A DNA stretch of 64,000 bases from NCBI GenBank assembly GCA_964016885.1, contig OZ024745.1:33480001-33544000 (forward strand), read 5' to 3'. This document shows, piece after piece, positions 50,006 through 62,047 of this stretch (positions within the stretch are counted from its first letter, which is position 1; the number at the start of each line of letters is the position of its first letter). The notes under the pieces are model-generated. The model made no database searches. It worked only from the letters and a program-made list of their open reading frames with translations, and had not been told where the DNA came from. The position numbers and the translations under genes were made by a program. This DNA is from Eledone cirrhosa. Lineage: Eukaryota.

Positions 50006-50580
50006 CAGGCATTCCTCACTTAACAACCAAGTTCTCTACCACCAACCTGGTTGTAAAGTGAATTGATCAGTGAAGGAACTCCTCACTTAACAACCAGATT
50101 CTCTATTACCAACCTGGTTGTAAAGTGAATTGATCAGTGAAGAAACTCCTCACTTAACAACCAGATTCTCTATTACCAACCTGGTTGTAAAGTGAATTGA
50201 TCAGTGAAGGAACTCCTCACTTAACCAGATTCTCTATTACCAACCTGGTTGTAAAGTGAATTGATCAGTGAAGGAACTCCTCACTTAACAACCAGATTCT
50301 CTATTACCAACCTGGTTGTAAAGTGAATTGATCAGTGAAGGAACTCCTCACTTAACAACCAAGTTATCTATCACCAAAGTGGTTGTAAAGTGAATTGATC
50401 AGTGAAGGAACTCCTCACTTAACAACCAGATTCTCTATTACCAACCTGGTTGTAAAGTGAATTGATCAGTGAAGGAACTCCTCACTTAACAACCAAGTTA
50501 TCTATCACCAAAGTGGTTGTAAAGTGAATTGATCAGTGAAGGAACTCCTCACTTAACCTAGTTCTCTACCATTAACCTGG
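50006..50580. repeat. 67-bp minisatellite (~8.5 units; 64-bp variants), probably from a Tigger/pogo MITE end
   Basis: AACTCCTCACTTAACAACCAGATTCTCTATTACCAACCTGGTTGTAAAGTGAATTGATCAGTGAAGG; the first unit begins CAGGCATTCCTCACTTAAC. Confidence 0.93.
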
Positions 50581-51052
50581 CCATAAAATGTCTACCGGTG
50601 GCTGATAATGACCATGAAATTATGAAAAGTCACCATTATCTGAATAAAGAAATTCATAAAGATTTAATGGAAACACTATCTTAAGTGTAACAGGCAGTTC
50701 TACAGGCAGTTGTTACATTTAAGGGAAGTCAAGTACTGAAGTCCATGAGTAGGTCAGGTGACTCATTAAATATGGTATGTGAATAGTATCAGTTAGCAAG
50801 GTGTGCATGCATGAAGAAAAGTGACCAGAATGTTTGTTTCCTAATCAAAAGAATTTTCAGGTTTCCTGTTGTAGAGAGGTTGCATGGGCGTAGTCCAGAG
50901 ACAGAAAAAAAATAAAGTGTATATATATAAGTTTGTGTGTGTGTGTAGAAGAGGGGTCGCAAAATCAAGGACATAAAAGGGCATTTACGTCCTGGAGGAG
51001 AGGCACAGTGGGCCAAACGTGGTGGTGGGTGATGATTTTCACCAGTTATAAT

Positions 51053-51266
51053 CATTTCTACTATAGGCACAAGGCATGAAATTTAGGGTTTAGGATCCCG
51101 TCGATTACATCGATCACAGTTCACAACTGGTACTTAATTTATCGACCTCAAAAGGATGAAAGGCAAAGTTGAGATTGGTGGAATTTGAACTCAGAACACA
51201 AAAACGGAAGAAGTATGGCTAAGCATTTCACCAGACTAGCTAACAATTCCACCAGCTGGCCGCCTT
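51053..51266 (-). mobile_element. SINE with an 18-bp target-site duplication
   Basis: ATTTTCACCAGTTATAAT at 51035-51052 and 51267-51284. Body carries AACTTTGCCTTTCATCCTTTTGAGGTCGATAAATTAAGTACCAG on the minus strand. Confidence 0.88.
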
Positions 51267-51421
51267 ATTTTCACCAGTTATAATGGAATCTGAAATATTG
51301 GATCTACCACGGGCCATAGAAAAGTAGTTCGCGGACTGCATGTTTGAGCCCCCTGTTGGAGAGATAGATAGATGTGTACCAAACACACACACACATTTCT
51401 TACTCTCTCTGTCTCTCCCTT

Positions 51422-51467
<46 letters not shown>

Positions 51468-51666
51468 AACAACTATCTGGTTGTGGAACCAACCAACCAA
51501 CCAGAAATTTATAAATTATAAATTTATAAATTTATTATAATAAATTGAAGTGAAAGCAACTGGTGCGTGTGTTTCTTATTGGCAACATGACCCTCCCAAA
51601 GTATAACAATATCGGTTTCAACACACGATTTCAGATAAAGAATCTTGCTAAACAAATTCAGAAACG

Positions 51667-51709
<43 letters not shown>

Positions 51710-51877
51710 TGTTATTTGACGTTGTTGAAAAGAGCAGTGGCCTTTGACAGGGCAATAAAAACTGGAGACAAAATTCTTTCTGTACCCAAAACAAGGCACA
51801 CACAGACACACACACACAAGTTTGTTTGTGTGCACGCGCACGTGTATGTGTGTGTATCTATCTATGTATATATATAT

Positions 51878-52447
51878 ATCATCATCATCATCATCAACGT
51901 TTAACGTCCGTGTTCCACGCTTGCATGGGTTTGGACGGGGGTAGTCCCACTTGAGGCAAGAGTGATTGTCTTGCTCGCATAGGACTGTCTGGCAGGTTTT
52001 CTACAGTTGGATGCCCTTCCTAACACCAACCACATTTACAGTGTGGGTCTGGGAGGTTTTTACCGTGTTGCCTACACGGCCACATTACAGCGTGGACTGT
52101 GTGTTTTTTTGTCGTGACACCTACACGATCTCATTTGTTTCGGCCTCGATGGCGCGGCACCAACATAACTTTACATAGAACGGGGTGGTGTGGATCGGGT
52201 GGGGGTGGTGGTGGTGGGACGGGGTGTATTTTGTTAGAGATGCCTACTGGCTGGAGTAGGTTTTACTATATATTTAGGTAAGGCGGGTCTTCTCTGTTAC
52301 TGAGTACCGCCAAAGGTCTCGGTCCAGTGACATTGTCTTGGAGAGGTGTAAGTGTGTGATGTCGGAGTTTATCAGCTCGTCCCAGGTTTTTCTAGGTCTG
52401 CCTATTCCGTGACTACCGTCTATCTTTATTGCCCTGCACTTTGTTAT

Positions 52448-52450
<3 letters not shown>
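51878..52450 (-). mobile_element. RTE LINE 3' end (ORF tail, long 3'UTR, (GAT)n)
   Basis: KCRAIKIDGSHGIGRPRKTWDELI...DRDLWR; inverted homologue of 55144-55713. Confidence 0.9.
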
Positions 52451-52490
<40 letters not shown>

Positions 52491-53332
52491 GATACAGATA
52501 TTGTTTGCTCACTGTCACTAAGCATCTCAATTCATTTGTTACAACTAAGTTTGTGATCGAGGCACTTTATTTTGCAAGGTACTATTTTTCCCTTGAGTTT
52601 GTGATTCAAGAGAAAGGTAAGAAATTCTTTATATTTTGCATCTTTTGTATTTTGACTTTACAGTTTGAATTGTAGAATTGTCTATCTACTCATAATATCC
52701 ACTCAACAGCTAACAGTGAAATATAGAATTTAAAAAAAAGCATTTTTGACTGAGATCAAATCTTTGAGAACATTCACATCTATTTTTCAAAAATATATAA
52801 TTTGAAATAGCTTGCTTTTGTTTTGGACTGAAACTTTTTTGTATTTAATTTGTACGAGTATTTTTTAAAGATTCTTTTAAAGATTCTAACAACTTGATTT
52901 GGCCCAGTAATCTACTGATATCAAAACCAGTAGTATATTGAAAAATGGAAAAATAGGGTGTGTGTGTGTGGGGGGGGGGGGGGGGGGGGGGGGGGGGAGA
53001 AAGTGTTTCGTGATTTCGAGAACCTTTGCATTAGACAATGCTCTTATTTAGGCATTGTATGTCAACAAGGCATAAATCATGATTAGCATAGTTATATAGT
53101 CCATTAGACCTTTAGGATAGATTTTTGTTAAGTTTGAAGTACTGAAGTAGGATATTTTGATTGTGGTTTTGCAAAAGATTGAGTAATGTATGTATTGTAT
53201 GGGAAAGTGTTTTCTAAGGAAAAACATTTAACTATCAGGATTGCCATTGCTAAGTTTCATGGTGAGATTACCAACTAATCATTCTATGTCCATTACAATT
53301 TGGGGTTCAAGACTAGGCATCATTATAGTATT

Positions 53333-53514
53333 GTGGATTGGCAGTATCGGTAGAGGGTCGGACACCATGCTTTGACGCATAGAGTTACGTCCCTTTATGA
53401 TCTGAGTTCAAGTCCCGCCGAGGTTAACTTTGCCTTTCATCCTTACGGGGTCAATAATATAAAGTACCAGTAACACACTGGGTAATTGCTGGCCTTGTGC
53501 CAAAAGTAGAAACA
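53333..53514 (+). mobile_element. SINE with an 11-bp TSD
   Basis: Same family as 32037-32232; ATTATAGTATT at 53322-53332 and 53515-53525. Confidence 0.88.
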
Positions 53515-54159
53515 ATTATAGTATTAAGAGAGGAGCTCAAATATTTGTTTATTATGATGTTATCTTCAGAATGATGTTTTCAGTTTTAGTTTAACAGGTT
53601 AACTGAACTAACTATAATCTATGTTCCATTTATTCTATATAAATTGGAGATAACTATCTTTGATGTTAGTGCTAACAATAACAGCCACTGTCTAGTCAGT
53701 CCTTTATTATTTGTTGGTACATGCTATCAATAATGATGACAATAGCATCATCACCATTTAACGTCCATTTTTCCATGCTAGCATGAGTTAGATGGGTTGT
53801 TCCATTGTGAGACAAACCAGATCAGATGACTGTCTTGTTTATGCAAAACTGTTTCTGGCTTGGTTTCTATGGTTGGATGCCCTTCATAATGCCAGCCACA
53901 TTTTGTTGTGTCACCAACTCGACCACTTTACAGTGTGGACTGGGTGCTGGAGTCCAGGATTGGCATGTCATATATACTAGGATTACTAGATATATGAACA
54001 ATTATACAAGTTGGGAACAATTTCAACTATTTCTCAGTAAACACATGAGATTATTCTTATGATTGCATTTCAGACATTATTGCATCCTTGTGAGTGAATA
54101 ACTATCCCCATGATTCCAAGTACAGAGGAATATTGCAATAGCAGCACTATATATGTTAA

Positions 54160-55713
54160 TAAATGTCGATGAATGGCTTGTGAGAGCTATACAAGCCATG
54201 TAAAAGAAACAGTCAGCAAGGTTAGAATTAACAACGAATATAGTGAAGAGTTTAGCGTAAAAGTTGGTGTTCATCAGGGCTCCGTTCTTAGCCCCCTACT
54301 ATTTATTATTGCCATTCAAGCTATAACAGAGGAGTTCAAGACCGGCTGCCCATGGGAACTCCTATACGCAGATGATCTAACGCTCATAGCTGAATCAATG
54401 GCTGAACTAGAGAAGAAATTCCAAACATGGAAGCATGGCCTAGAATCAAAAGGCCTTAAAATTAACCTGTCTAAGACTAAAGTTCTAGTTTGTAGGAAGG
54501 AAAATAGGGCACTGGTCCCATCTGGGAAATGGCCATGCTCAGTGTGTAGGGAATGAGTAGGCAGAAACTCCATTTTATGTCCCAAATGCAAAGTATGGGT
54601 GCATAAAAGATGTAGTGGGATCACAGATAAGCTAACTAAGAAGATATATTTTATATGTGGTCGGTGCTCAGGTGCAATAAGTAGCAGCAAGTGCCCACAG
54701 AATACTAGCTCATTCCATTGCACAGATGGTTCTATAGAAATAGTGAACACCTTCCATTACCTGGGTGACAAAATCAGCAGTGGTGGAGGGTGCTCTGAAA
54801 GTACAGTAGCTAGAGTCAGAACGGGATGGAAAAAGTTCAGAGAGCTTATACCACTATTGGCCGCTAAAGGGTTCTTTCTAAAAATGAAAGGCAGGCTGTA
54901 TGATGCCTGCATATGAACAGCAATGTTACATGGCAGTGAGACCTGGGCATTGTGTGCAGAGGATATACAAAGACTGGAGAGGAATGAAGCTTGCATGCTC
55001 CGTTGGATGTGTACTAGTAATATACGTGAACGACAAAGCATAAATGAACTAAGGGAGAAATTAAGAATAAGAGGGATCAGATGCTGTTTACTCGAGAGAA
55101 GACTACGTTGGTATGGTCACGTGAGGCGCATGAAAGACGACACTGTATAAAAAAGTGCAGGGCGCGATAAAAATAGACGGTAGCCACGGAGTAGGCAGAC
55201 ACAGAAAAACCTGGGACGACTTGATAAATTCCGACCTCACACACTTACACCTCTCCAAGACAATGTCACAGGACCGAGATCTTTGGCGCTATGCAGTAAT
55301 ACAGAAGACCCGCCTTGCCTAAGTGCAAAGCGAAACCTACAGTCAGTAGGCACCTCTTAACAAAAATACACCCCCGTCCCACTACCTCCACCCTATCCAC
55401 ACCACCCCCTTTCGATGTTAAGTTATGTTGGTACCACAACATTCAGTCCGAAATAAATGAGGTCGTGTAGGTGTCACGACAAAAAAACACACAGTCCATG
55501 CTGTAATGTGGCCGTGTAGGCAACACGGTAAAAACCTCCCAGTCCACACTGTAAACGTGGTTGGTGTTAGGAAGGGCATCCAGCCGTAGAAAACTTGCCA
55601 GACAGTCCTATACGAGCAAGACAACCAATCTTCCCTCAAGTGGGAAAATTCCCGTCCAAACCCATGCAAGCGTGGAAGATGGACGTTAAACGATGATGAT
55701 AATGATGATGATG
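54160..55713 (+). mobile_element. 5'-truncated RTE-clade LINE; RT contains an inserted PHD-type zinc finger
   Basis: GVHQGSVLSPLLF, LLYADDL, GLKINLSKTK, FHYLG, MLHGSETW, RRLRWYGHV in one frame interrupted by TGA stops at 54554 and 54914; ends GGACGTTAAAC(GAT)n. Confidence 0.93.
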
Positions 55714-56030
55714 AAATAATTGAATGAATAAATAAAACAAAAAAAGAAAAAAAGGAGGGAAGAAAGTAATAAGAAAAGGAGTGAATAGATTAGCTGTAAA
55801 ATTTAATGATTGCTATTATTAGTACTATTATCATCAAATGTAGTTATCCTCCATATTTTAATATTATTGTGATGATGATGCCCTGAGGTGTATGTTATGT
55901 AATTGTTCATGAAGTAGACAGTTGGCGATTACTTTTATCTCACAACCATTGTTCTCTATCTTTCTTGCTTTCCTAATATGCTCATAACTTTGACACAAAC
56001 CCCCATATTTTTAGTGGAGTGAGCAAAGTT

Positions 56031-56384
56031 ACCAGAGATACTCATATATAAGCCAATCCAAATTTAAGCCCACACTTCTATTTCATGTCTGAGAAATGGG
56101 TAACAATCCAAACCTTGCCTATAAGTTGAGACAGCTAATCAGCACTTTATGTTTAGATGGGGCAGTTTTGTAAATTCTCATGAGTCAAGAGCATTTTTGT
56201 GAAGTCTTAATAATTTGATATCTAAAACATTATATATAGGTCGATCCCTAAAATTCTGAAGTGTAGTTCAGGTAAAGCAGCTCGCATACTGCTACATTTT
56301 ATATTCGGTGGACAAGTCTACCCCTGGTTTTGGAGAGTTATTTTTAGATCCCAAATGACGACTTATAGGCCGGCATATACGGTA
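56031..56384. mobile_element. pogo/Tc2-type MITE with both decayed termini
   Basis: Left TACCAGAGATACTCATATATAAGCC; right GACTTATAGGCCGGCATATACGGTA. Confidence 0.6.
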
Positions 56385-56454
56385 TATATATATATATAAT
56401 ATATATATATAATATATGTAATATATATATAATATATATATATAATCTATATAT

Positions 56455-56688
56455 ATTCCTAACGATTCCTAACGATCGACTTTCGTCAAATCGGACCGAG
56501 GAAACAGTGTTTCCATTGGTGTTTCCAATTGCTAATACTATCTATCGGTCGCAACTCCAGGTAGAAGGAGCAACGTGAAATAAAGTGTCTTGCTCAAGGA
56601 CATAACGCATCTCCTGGTCCAGGAATCAAACTCACAACTTCACGATTGCGAATCCCGTTCTCTAACCACTCAGCCACACGCCTTCACA
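56455..56688 (-). mobile_element. tRNA-headed CORE-like SINE within (TA)n
   Basis: Reverse complement GTGAAGGCGTGTGGCTGAGTGGTTAGAG...CCTTGAGCAAGACACTTTATTTCACGTTGCTCC; homologous to 27320-27600. Confidence 0.85.
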
Positions 56689-56792
56689 AATATATATATA
56701 TATATATAATATATATATATACTATATATAATTTATATATATACTATATATAATATATATATAATATATATATATATACTATATATAATATA

Positions 56793-57075
56793 TCATCATT
56801 TCATTTTTTCATTTTTACGTCCGCTTTTTCCCTGCTTGCAAGGGTGAGACGGGAACTGATTCTGGCTTGATTTCTACAGCTGGATGTCCTTCCTAACACC
56901 AACCTCATTTACAGTGAGTGCTGGGTCCTTTTTTTCCGTGGCACCTCCACTGCAGTGGAATGATATGGACCCCAGTCACTATCATCTCATTTCTACAGCT
57001 GAGTAAACTGGAGCAATGTGAAATAAAGTGTCTTGCTCAAGGAAACAACACATCACCCGGTCTGAGAATTGAGCT
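56793..57075 (-). mobile_element. 5'-truncated CORE-like SINE with RTE-derived tail
   Basis: Near-identical to 62261-62530. Confidence 0.88.
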
Positions 57076-57204
57076 ATAATATATATCTATCTATCTATCT
57101 AAGGCGGGTAAAATTCCCGAGATCGATGGACGAGTTCTCTCCAGCGGTCTCTGTCCCTCATTATCGCTGCCATGTCCTGCGTCTCCAATATATATATAGA
57201 TCAG

Positions 57205-57781
57205 ATTAGAATGGGAGGGGGTGTTCCGAGGCCATAGTATCTAGAATAAGGACGGGTTGGAAGAAGTTTAGGGAGCTGCTTCCTCTGCTGACGAAGAAGG
57301 GTTTCTCCTTGCGTACGAAAGACCGGATATGATGCCTGTGTGAGGAGCGCAATGCTGCATGGTAGTAAGACATAGGCAGCAGAGGATATGCGACGGCTGG
57401 AGTGAAATGAGGCAAGCATGCTCCGTTGGATGTGCAATGTCAATGTGCGTGAACAACCCAGCATGAATGTGTTGAGAGAGAAACTGTGTCTGAGAGGGAT
57501 AGAATGTAGTGTGCGAGAGAGGAGACTGAGGTGGTATGGACATGTGATGCGCATGGAGGATGACCGATGAGTGAAGAAGTGCCAGGAAATGCCAGTTGAA
57601 GGAAGACGTGGTAGAGGTAGACCACGAAAAACATGGGCAGAGGTGGTGAGAACAGACTTCAGATCGCTGAAGCTCATGGTGGAGATGACGAAGGACCGTG
57701 ACAAGTGGAGAGATGATGTGCTGAATAAGACCCGTCCCACCCTTGCAAGCAGGGAAAAGCGGACGTAAAATGATGATGATG

Positions 57782-57783
<2 letters not shown>
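57205..57783 (+). mobile_element. RTE LINE 3' fragment of a second family, with no 3'UTR
   Basis: ...RRLRWYGHV...VEGRRGRGRPRKTWAEVV...DRDKWR...KTRPTLASREKRT* runs directly into (GAT)n. Shorter copy at 59605-59810. Confidence 0.9.
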
Positions 57784-57834
<51 letters not shown>

Positions 57835-57884
57835 AGAATATTTTCGAAACAGCGAGCGGGTTTGAAATTATTATAAATGTAAGC

Positions 57885-58142
57885 TATCGCCGTATTTTGA
57901 CTAAAGAAATTAAAGAAATTATTTAGCCTGATAGTGGGGTTAAGAACCCTCGGAGAAATGGAAAAAGATGAGTATTGACGTACATGGGAGTCGAACCCAC
58001 ATCTTTGGTTATCCAGATAATGGTCTGGATAACCAAAGATCTGGGTTCGACTCCCATGTACGTCAATACTCATCTTTTTCCATTTCTCCGAGGGTTCTTA
58101 ACCCCACTATCAGGCTAAATAATTTCTTTAGTCAAAATACGG

Positions 58143-58147
<5 letters not shown>
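57885..58147. repeat. Near-perfect 124-bp inverted repeat centred on a tRNA-like segment
   Basis: Arms 57885-58017 and 58024-58147 (1 mismatch plus a 9-bp duplication), 6-nt loop; B box GGTTCGACTCC at 58044-58054; lies between (TA)n tracts. Confidence 0.92.
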
Positions 58148-58184
<37 letters not shown>

Positions 58185-58210
58185 TCATGATTGTTTTTAC
58201 ATTCGTTCTT

Positions 58211-58248
<38 letters not shown>

Positions 58249-58863
58249 TCATGATTGTTTTTACATTCGTTCTTCCATATATATATATATATGACCAATT
58301 GAATAACATTTGATCATGTGACTATTTGAACTTTAAACTGTTATTTGTAATTATATATTTTCAGTTAACTAGTTGTCTAGAGAAGACTGGATGTACAAAG
58401 GTTTTAGATAGACGTTAATAACCTTAGATACCTCCACACATATACTGAGGAAGCCTCTACAAGGTTGCTGGCTGTGTTAGAAATAGTAGCAAATCTTCCT
58501 CAAATTTCATATTCCTGTATACTACATATGCTTTCAAGATATATCTATATTCATATAAGGGTGGGTGATTGGCAGACTTGCTAGAACATCAGATAAAATG
58601 GTATTGTGGTATTTGTTTTGGCTTCGAACATTCTGAATTTTTCTCATGTCGCCAGCATGACTGCTATACTGGATGGACTGGGATCTTCTTGTGATACCAG
58701 CACAACCACCTTGCAGAGTGGACTGGGTGCTGCCTCTTGCCATATTATTAGTATGACTATATGACCACCTTACAGGGTGAACTGGTTGCTTTTGTTATTG
58801 TGGCAGCAGATCACCATAGAGGGTGGACAAAGTGCTGTTTTATTGTGATAGCAGCATTATATA

Positions 58864-59541
58864 TCTATATATATAAAGATGTAGTTCCTATCTGTTTGTT
58901 TGTTTGTTCACGAACTCCTCCTCCTATGGTTTTGGAGATAAACCCCCATAACCATATATATTCTGAAACTACATTGCCCAGGGTACCTGGATAAGTATAT
59001 TTCATTTTAATCAAGGGGTTTCCCGGGGGCACAAACCCCCGCTGAAAACCCCTGCTGAAAATGTTTTCCCTTCGATTTCTATGAAATTTAAACCATAGTT
59101 AAATGACAAGATATGGTGCCTATTCACAAAATTTCAGCAAATTTCAATAATATTAAGACACTCTAATGGGGGTTAAACCCCCTATTAGGGTTCCCCGGTG
59201 GCACAAATCCCACTGAAAACTTTTTCCCTTTGATTTATATGAAATTTAAAATATAGGTAAATGACAAGATATGATGCCTATTCACAAAAGTTTTGAATTG
59301 ATATTTTGAAAAAAATTATTTACAAGAAATAAAATAAGAATAAGATTTAATAATGTAATTTTGATTTGATATATTACAAAAATAATGTTTTCCAATTTTT
59401 CATGCATTACATTTTACATTGAGTAATATTGAAAGGCAGAGTTTTTCTCACAAAATTTTATATCACTGATTTAAAATCAATCATAATTTTCTTACAAAAA
59501 AAAATGTGTGAAACGCAGCAAGACGCGGGTAATTTGGTTAG
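58864..59541 (+). mobile_element. Non-autonomous Helitron-like element
   Basis: 5' A|TCTATATATATAAA followed by (TTTG)n; internal direct repeat (59015-59150 / 59187-59290); 3' GC-rich CGCAGCAAGACGCGGG then TTAG|T (a CTAG variant). Confidence 0.6.
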
Positions 59542-60589
59542 TATATATATATAACCCATGTTAGCGTGGAAGGTGGACATTAGACGACGATGATGATATA
59601 TATGCCAAGTAATCCCAGAGGAAGGAAGAGGCAGTAGAGGAAGACCACGAAAAAAGTGGGCAGAGGTGGTGAGAGCTGACCTCTAATCACTGAAGCTTAC
59701 AGAGGAGATGAAGAAGGACTGTGACAAATGGAGAGATGTTGTGCTGAAGAGGAACCGTCCCACCCTTGCAAGCAAAGAAAAGCGGACGTAAAATGATGAT
59801 GATGATGATATATATATACACACACACACATATATATATATACACACACACACATATATATATATATATAAATAAATATATACATAAACATATTCTATAG
59901 CACATACCTGATTAAATTGTTTATGGACTGACTTCAAGTATTTCCGTAAAACCATTTTGTCCCTAAAACAAGGAGATATGAATATATCAGTATTAGAGTT
60001 AACAAAAATTGGAAACTGAAAATATACATAAACAGTTATATAGTTTGGTTGATAAGAGGTACATTTTCCTACATATTTATGAAACATACACTTATGTACA
60101 CATACTTGTGGAGAACACACACACATTCACACATATTCCAACTTATTAAACATACACGCCTTATATTCAAAGTAAATATTTTGCTAATCTTTACCAACTT
60201 CAAAATTCTACATAAATGAGATCCTGAAATATTTTCACTTTGGAGGTGTATATTACACTGCATTTCACTTTGGAGGAGAATATTGCACAAATTTCACTTT
60301 CAACATGAAATTTGTATTTGCTATTGTTTTTGATATGTTTTCAATAAATATGGCCTTCAAAATGGTCGGAAATTGGTAAAATATCATTACCAAATGGAGT
60401 TATGAAACAAAAACTATACTCTAAATGACACTTTAAAATATATTCTCTACTAACGAGAATTTCAAAACCACACCATCTAAACATGATGTGTTGATTACAC
60501 CTGCCGCAACTTATAAACAGAGATTCCATTTTTGCCTATTTCTCAGACATGAAATAGTTGGCTTATATTCCAGTACATATGGGACTTAC

Positions 60590-60735
60590 TGGGCAGCTGT
60601 TTTCAACGTCTTTTCTGCATCTAGGAGGTTTTCTTGCAAGTCTTCTTTCTCATCATTATGTTGCTTTATTTGTTTTTTCAGTTCATGTAATGATTGTTCT
60701 TTTATCTTCAGAGTTTCTTGGCACTGGGATAAACT
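60590..60735 (-). CDS. CCDC171: CCDC171-like exon, 146 nt, phase 0/2
   Basis: SLSQCQETLKIKEQSLHELKKQIKQHNDERKDLQENLLDAEKTLKTAA; TTTCCAG acceptor, GTAAGT donor. Resembles human 'SLSEAKMELRRKDQSLRQL...LEENIHDAESALRMAA'. Confidence 0.87.
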
Positions 60736-60874
60736 CTGGAAATAATATAGGCACCAATAGATTGTTTCATTTAAACATCAAGAAATACTATGAAAAGAGA
60801 TTCTACAAAAGATTTTCATTTAAATTCATCATAAAATACTTACACAATCTCTTTATGATCCCTATCACCATCTA

Positions 60875-61128
60875 AACTCATCAGGCTGGTGCTTATCTCG
60901 GTTTCCGTGGCATTAAGCAACTGAGAGTACAAGACTTTCCCCTAGACAGGATTCCAGTCCATCATAGGGTTAAATCCCCAGCTATTGCTAGTACTTATTT
61001 TCAGCTGAGACACTGGAACAATGTGAAATGAAGTATTTTACTCAAAAACACAGAACACAACCCAGTCCAAGAATTGAATTCATGACATTATCATCCAATA
61101 CCCTTACCACTAAGCCATGCACCTTCAC
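60875..61128 (-). mobile_element. tRNA-headed CORE-like SINE in the short intron
   Basis: Reverse complement GTGAAGGTGCATGGCTTAGTGGTAAGGG...; homologous to 20080-20349. Confidence 0.8.
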
Positions 61129-61202
61129 AGCAACTAACCTATGTCTATCTAATATTATGAGGATATCAATCCATAATATATCAAAGTACAACAAATACAT
61201 AC

Positions 61203-61394
61203 TTCAGTAATTTCTGATAATATTTTTTCTTTCTGGATCACCTTTTTATTTTGTCCATCGATCTGTGATGCCATTTCCATCAGTCGAGAAGACTGCTCTT
61301 TCAGAAGTTGATCAGTTCGTTGTTCTCGAAGCATGGAAGACTTCAGTTCAGTTACAAGTTTCTCAAACTTCTCAATTGGTATTTGTTTCTGTTG
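61203..61394 (-). CDS. CCDC171: CCDC171-like exon, 192 nt (186 with the alternative acceptor), phase 0/0
   Basis: QQKQIPIEKFEKLVTELKSSMLREQRTDQLLKEQSSRLMEMASQIDGQNKKVIQKEKILSEITE; GTATGT donor. Resembles human 'EKFES.[28 protein letters not shown]'. Confidence 0.87.
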
Positions 61395-62047
61395 CTAAGT
61401 ACCAAATATAAGAAGAATTGAAAAAGAAGACATTTATAAAAAATTAAGTCTGGTGACAGAGACTTTTAATCCAACAATATCAGCAACTTTAAACAAAGTT
61501 TATTTAAAAGATCATTAATCATAAACAATGAATTGTAGAGGATGACGGGACTGGAGTCAGTAAATCATGTTGTGAAAAGAAATGGAATAAGATGGTCGCA
61601 TTATGTGTTGGGAGAGATAAAAATGACTGGGTGAAAAGAGAAGAATTAGCCTCTATTATCATCAACTAAATCCCAGCATAACCAAAGTACATTACGAGCA
61701 AGCATGATAATGATGATGATGCTGTTTATCATTATCATCAACATCACCATTTAACGTCCATTTCTCCGTGCTAGCTTGGATTAGACGAGTTGTCCTATTG
61801 TGAGACAAGCCAGATCAGGTGACCGTGTCTTGCTCATACAGAAATAATTTTGGCTTGGTTTCTCTGCATGCCAACCACAATTACAGTGTGGACTGGGTGC
61901 TTTTTATCGTAGCATCAAAACAAGCACTTCACAGCTTGGACTGGGTGCTATTTGTTGTGAGACCTACATGACTACTTTACAGCATGGATTGGGTACTTTT
62001 TGTTGTTGTTATATATTGGGAATCAGAAGAAAGATGAGTTAAGGTAC

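Noticed and set aside
52957-52997. (GT)n plus long G homopolymer as a G-quadruplex element
   Set aside because: Simple repeat whose length is error-prone in sequencing; no other support.
57201-58294. Mirror ORFs starting MSIDVHGSRT on both strands
   Set aside because: A consequence of the palindrome; they run into (TA)n and antisense RTE sequence.
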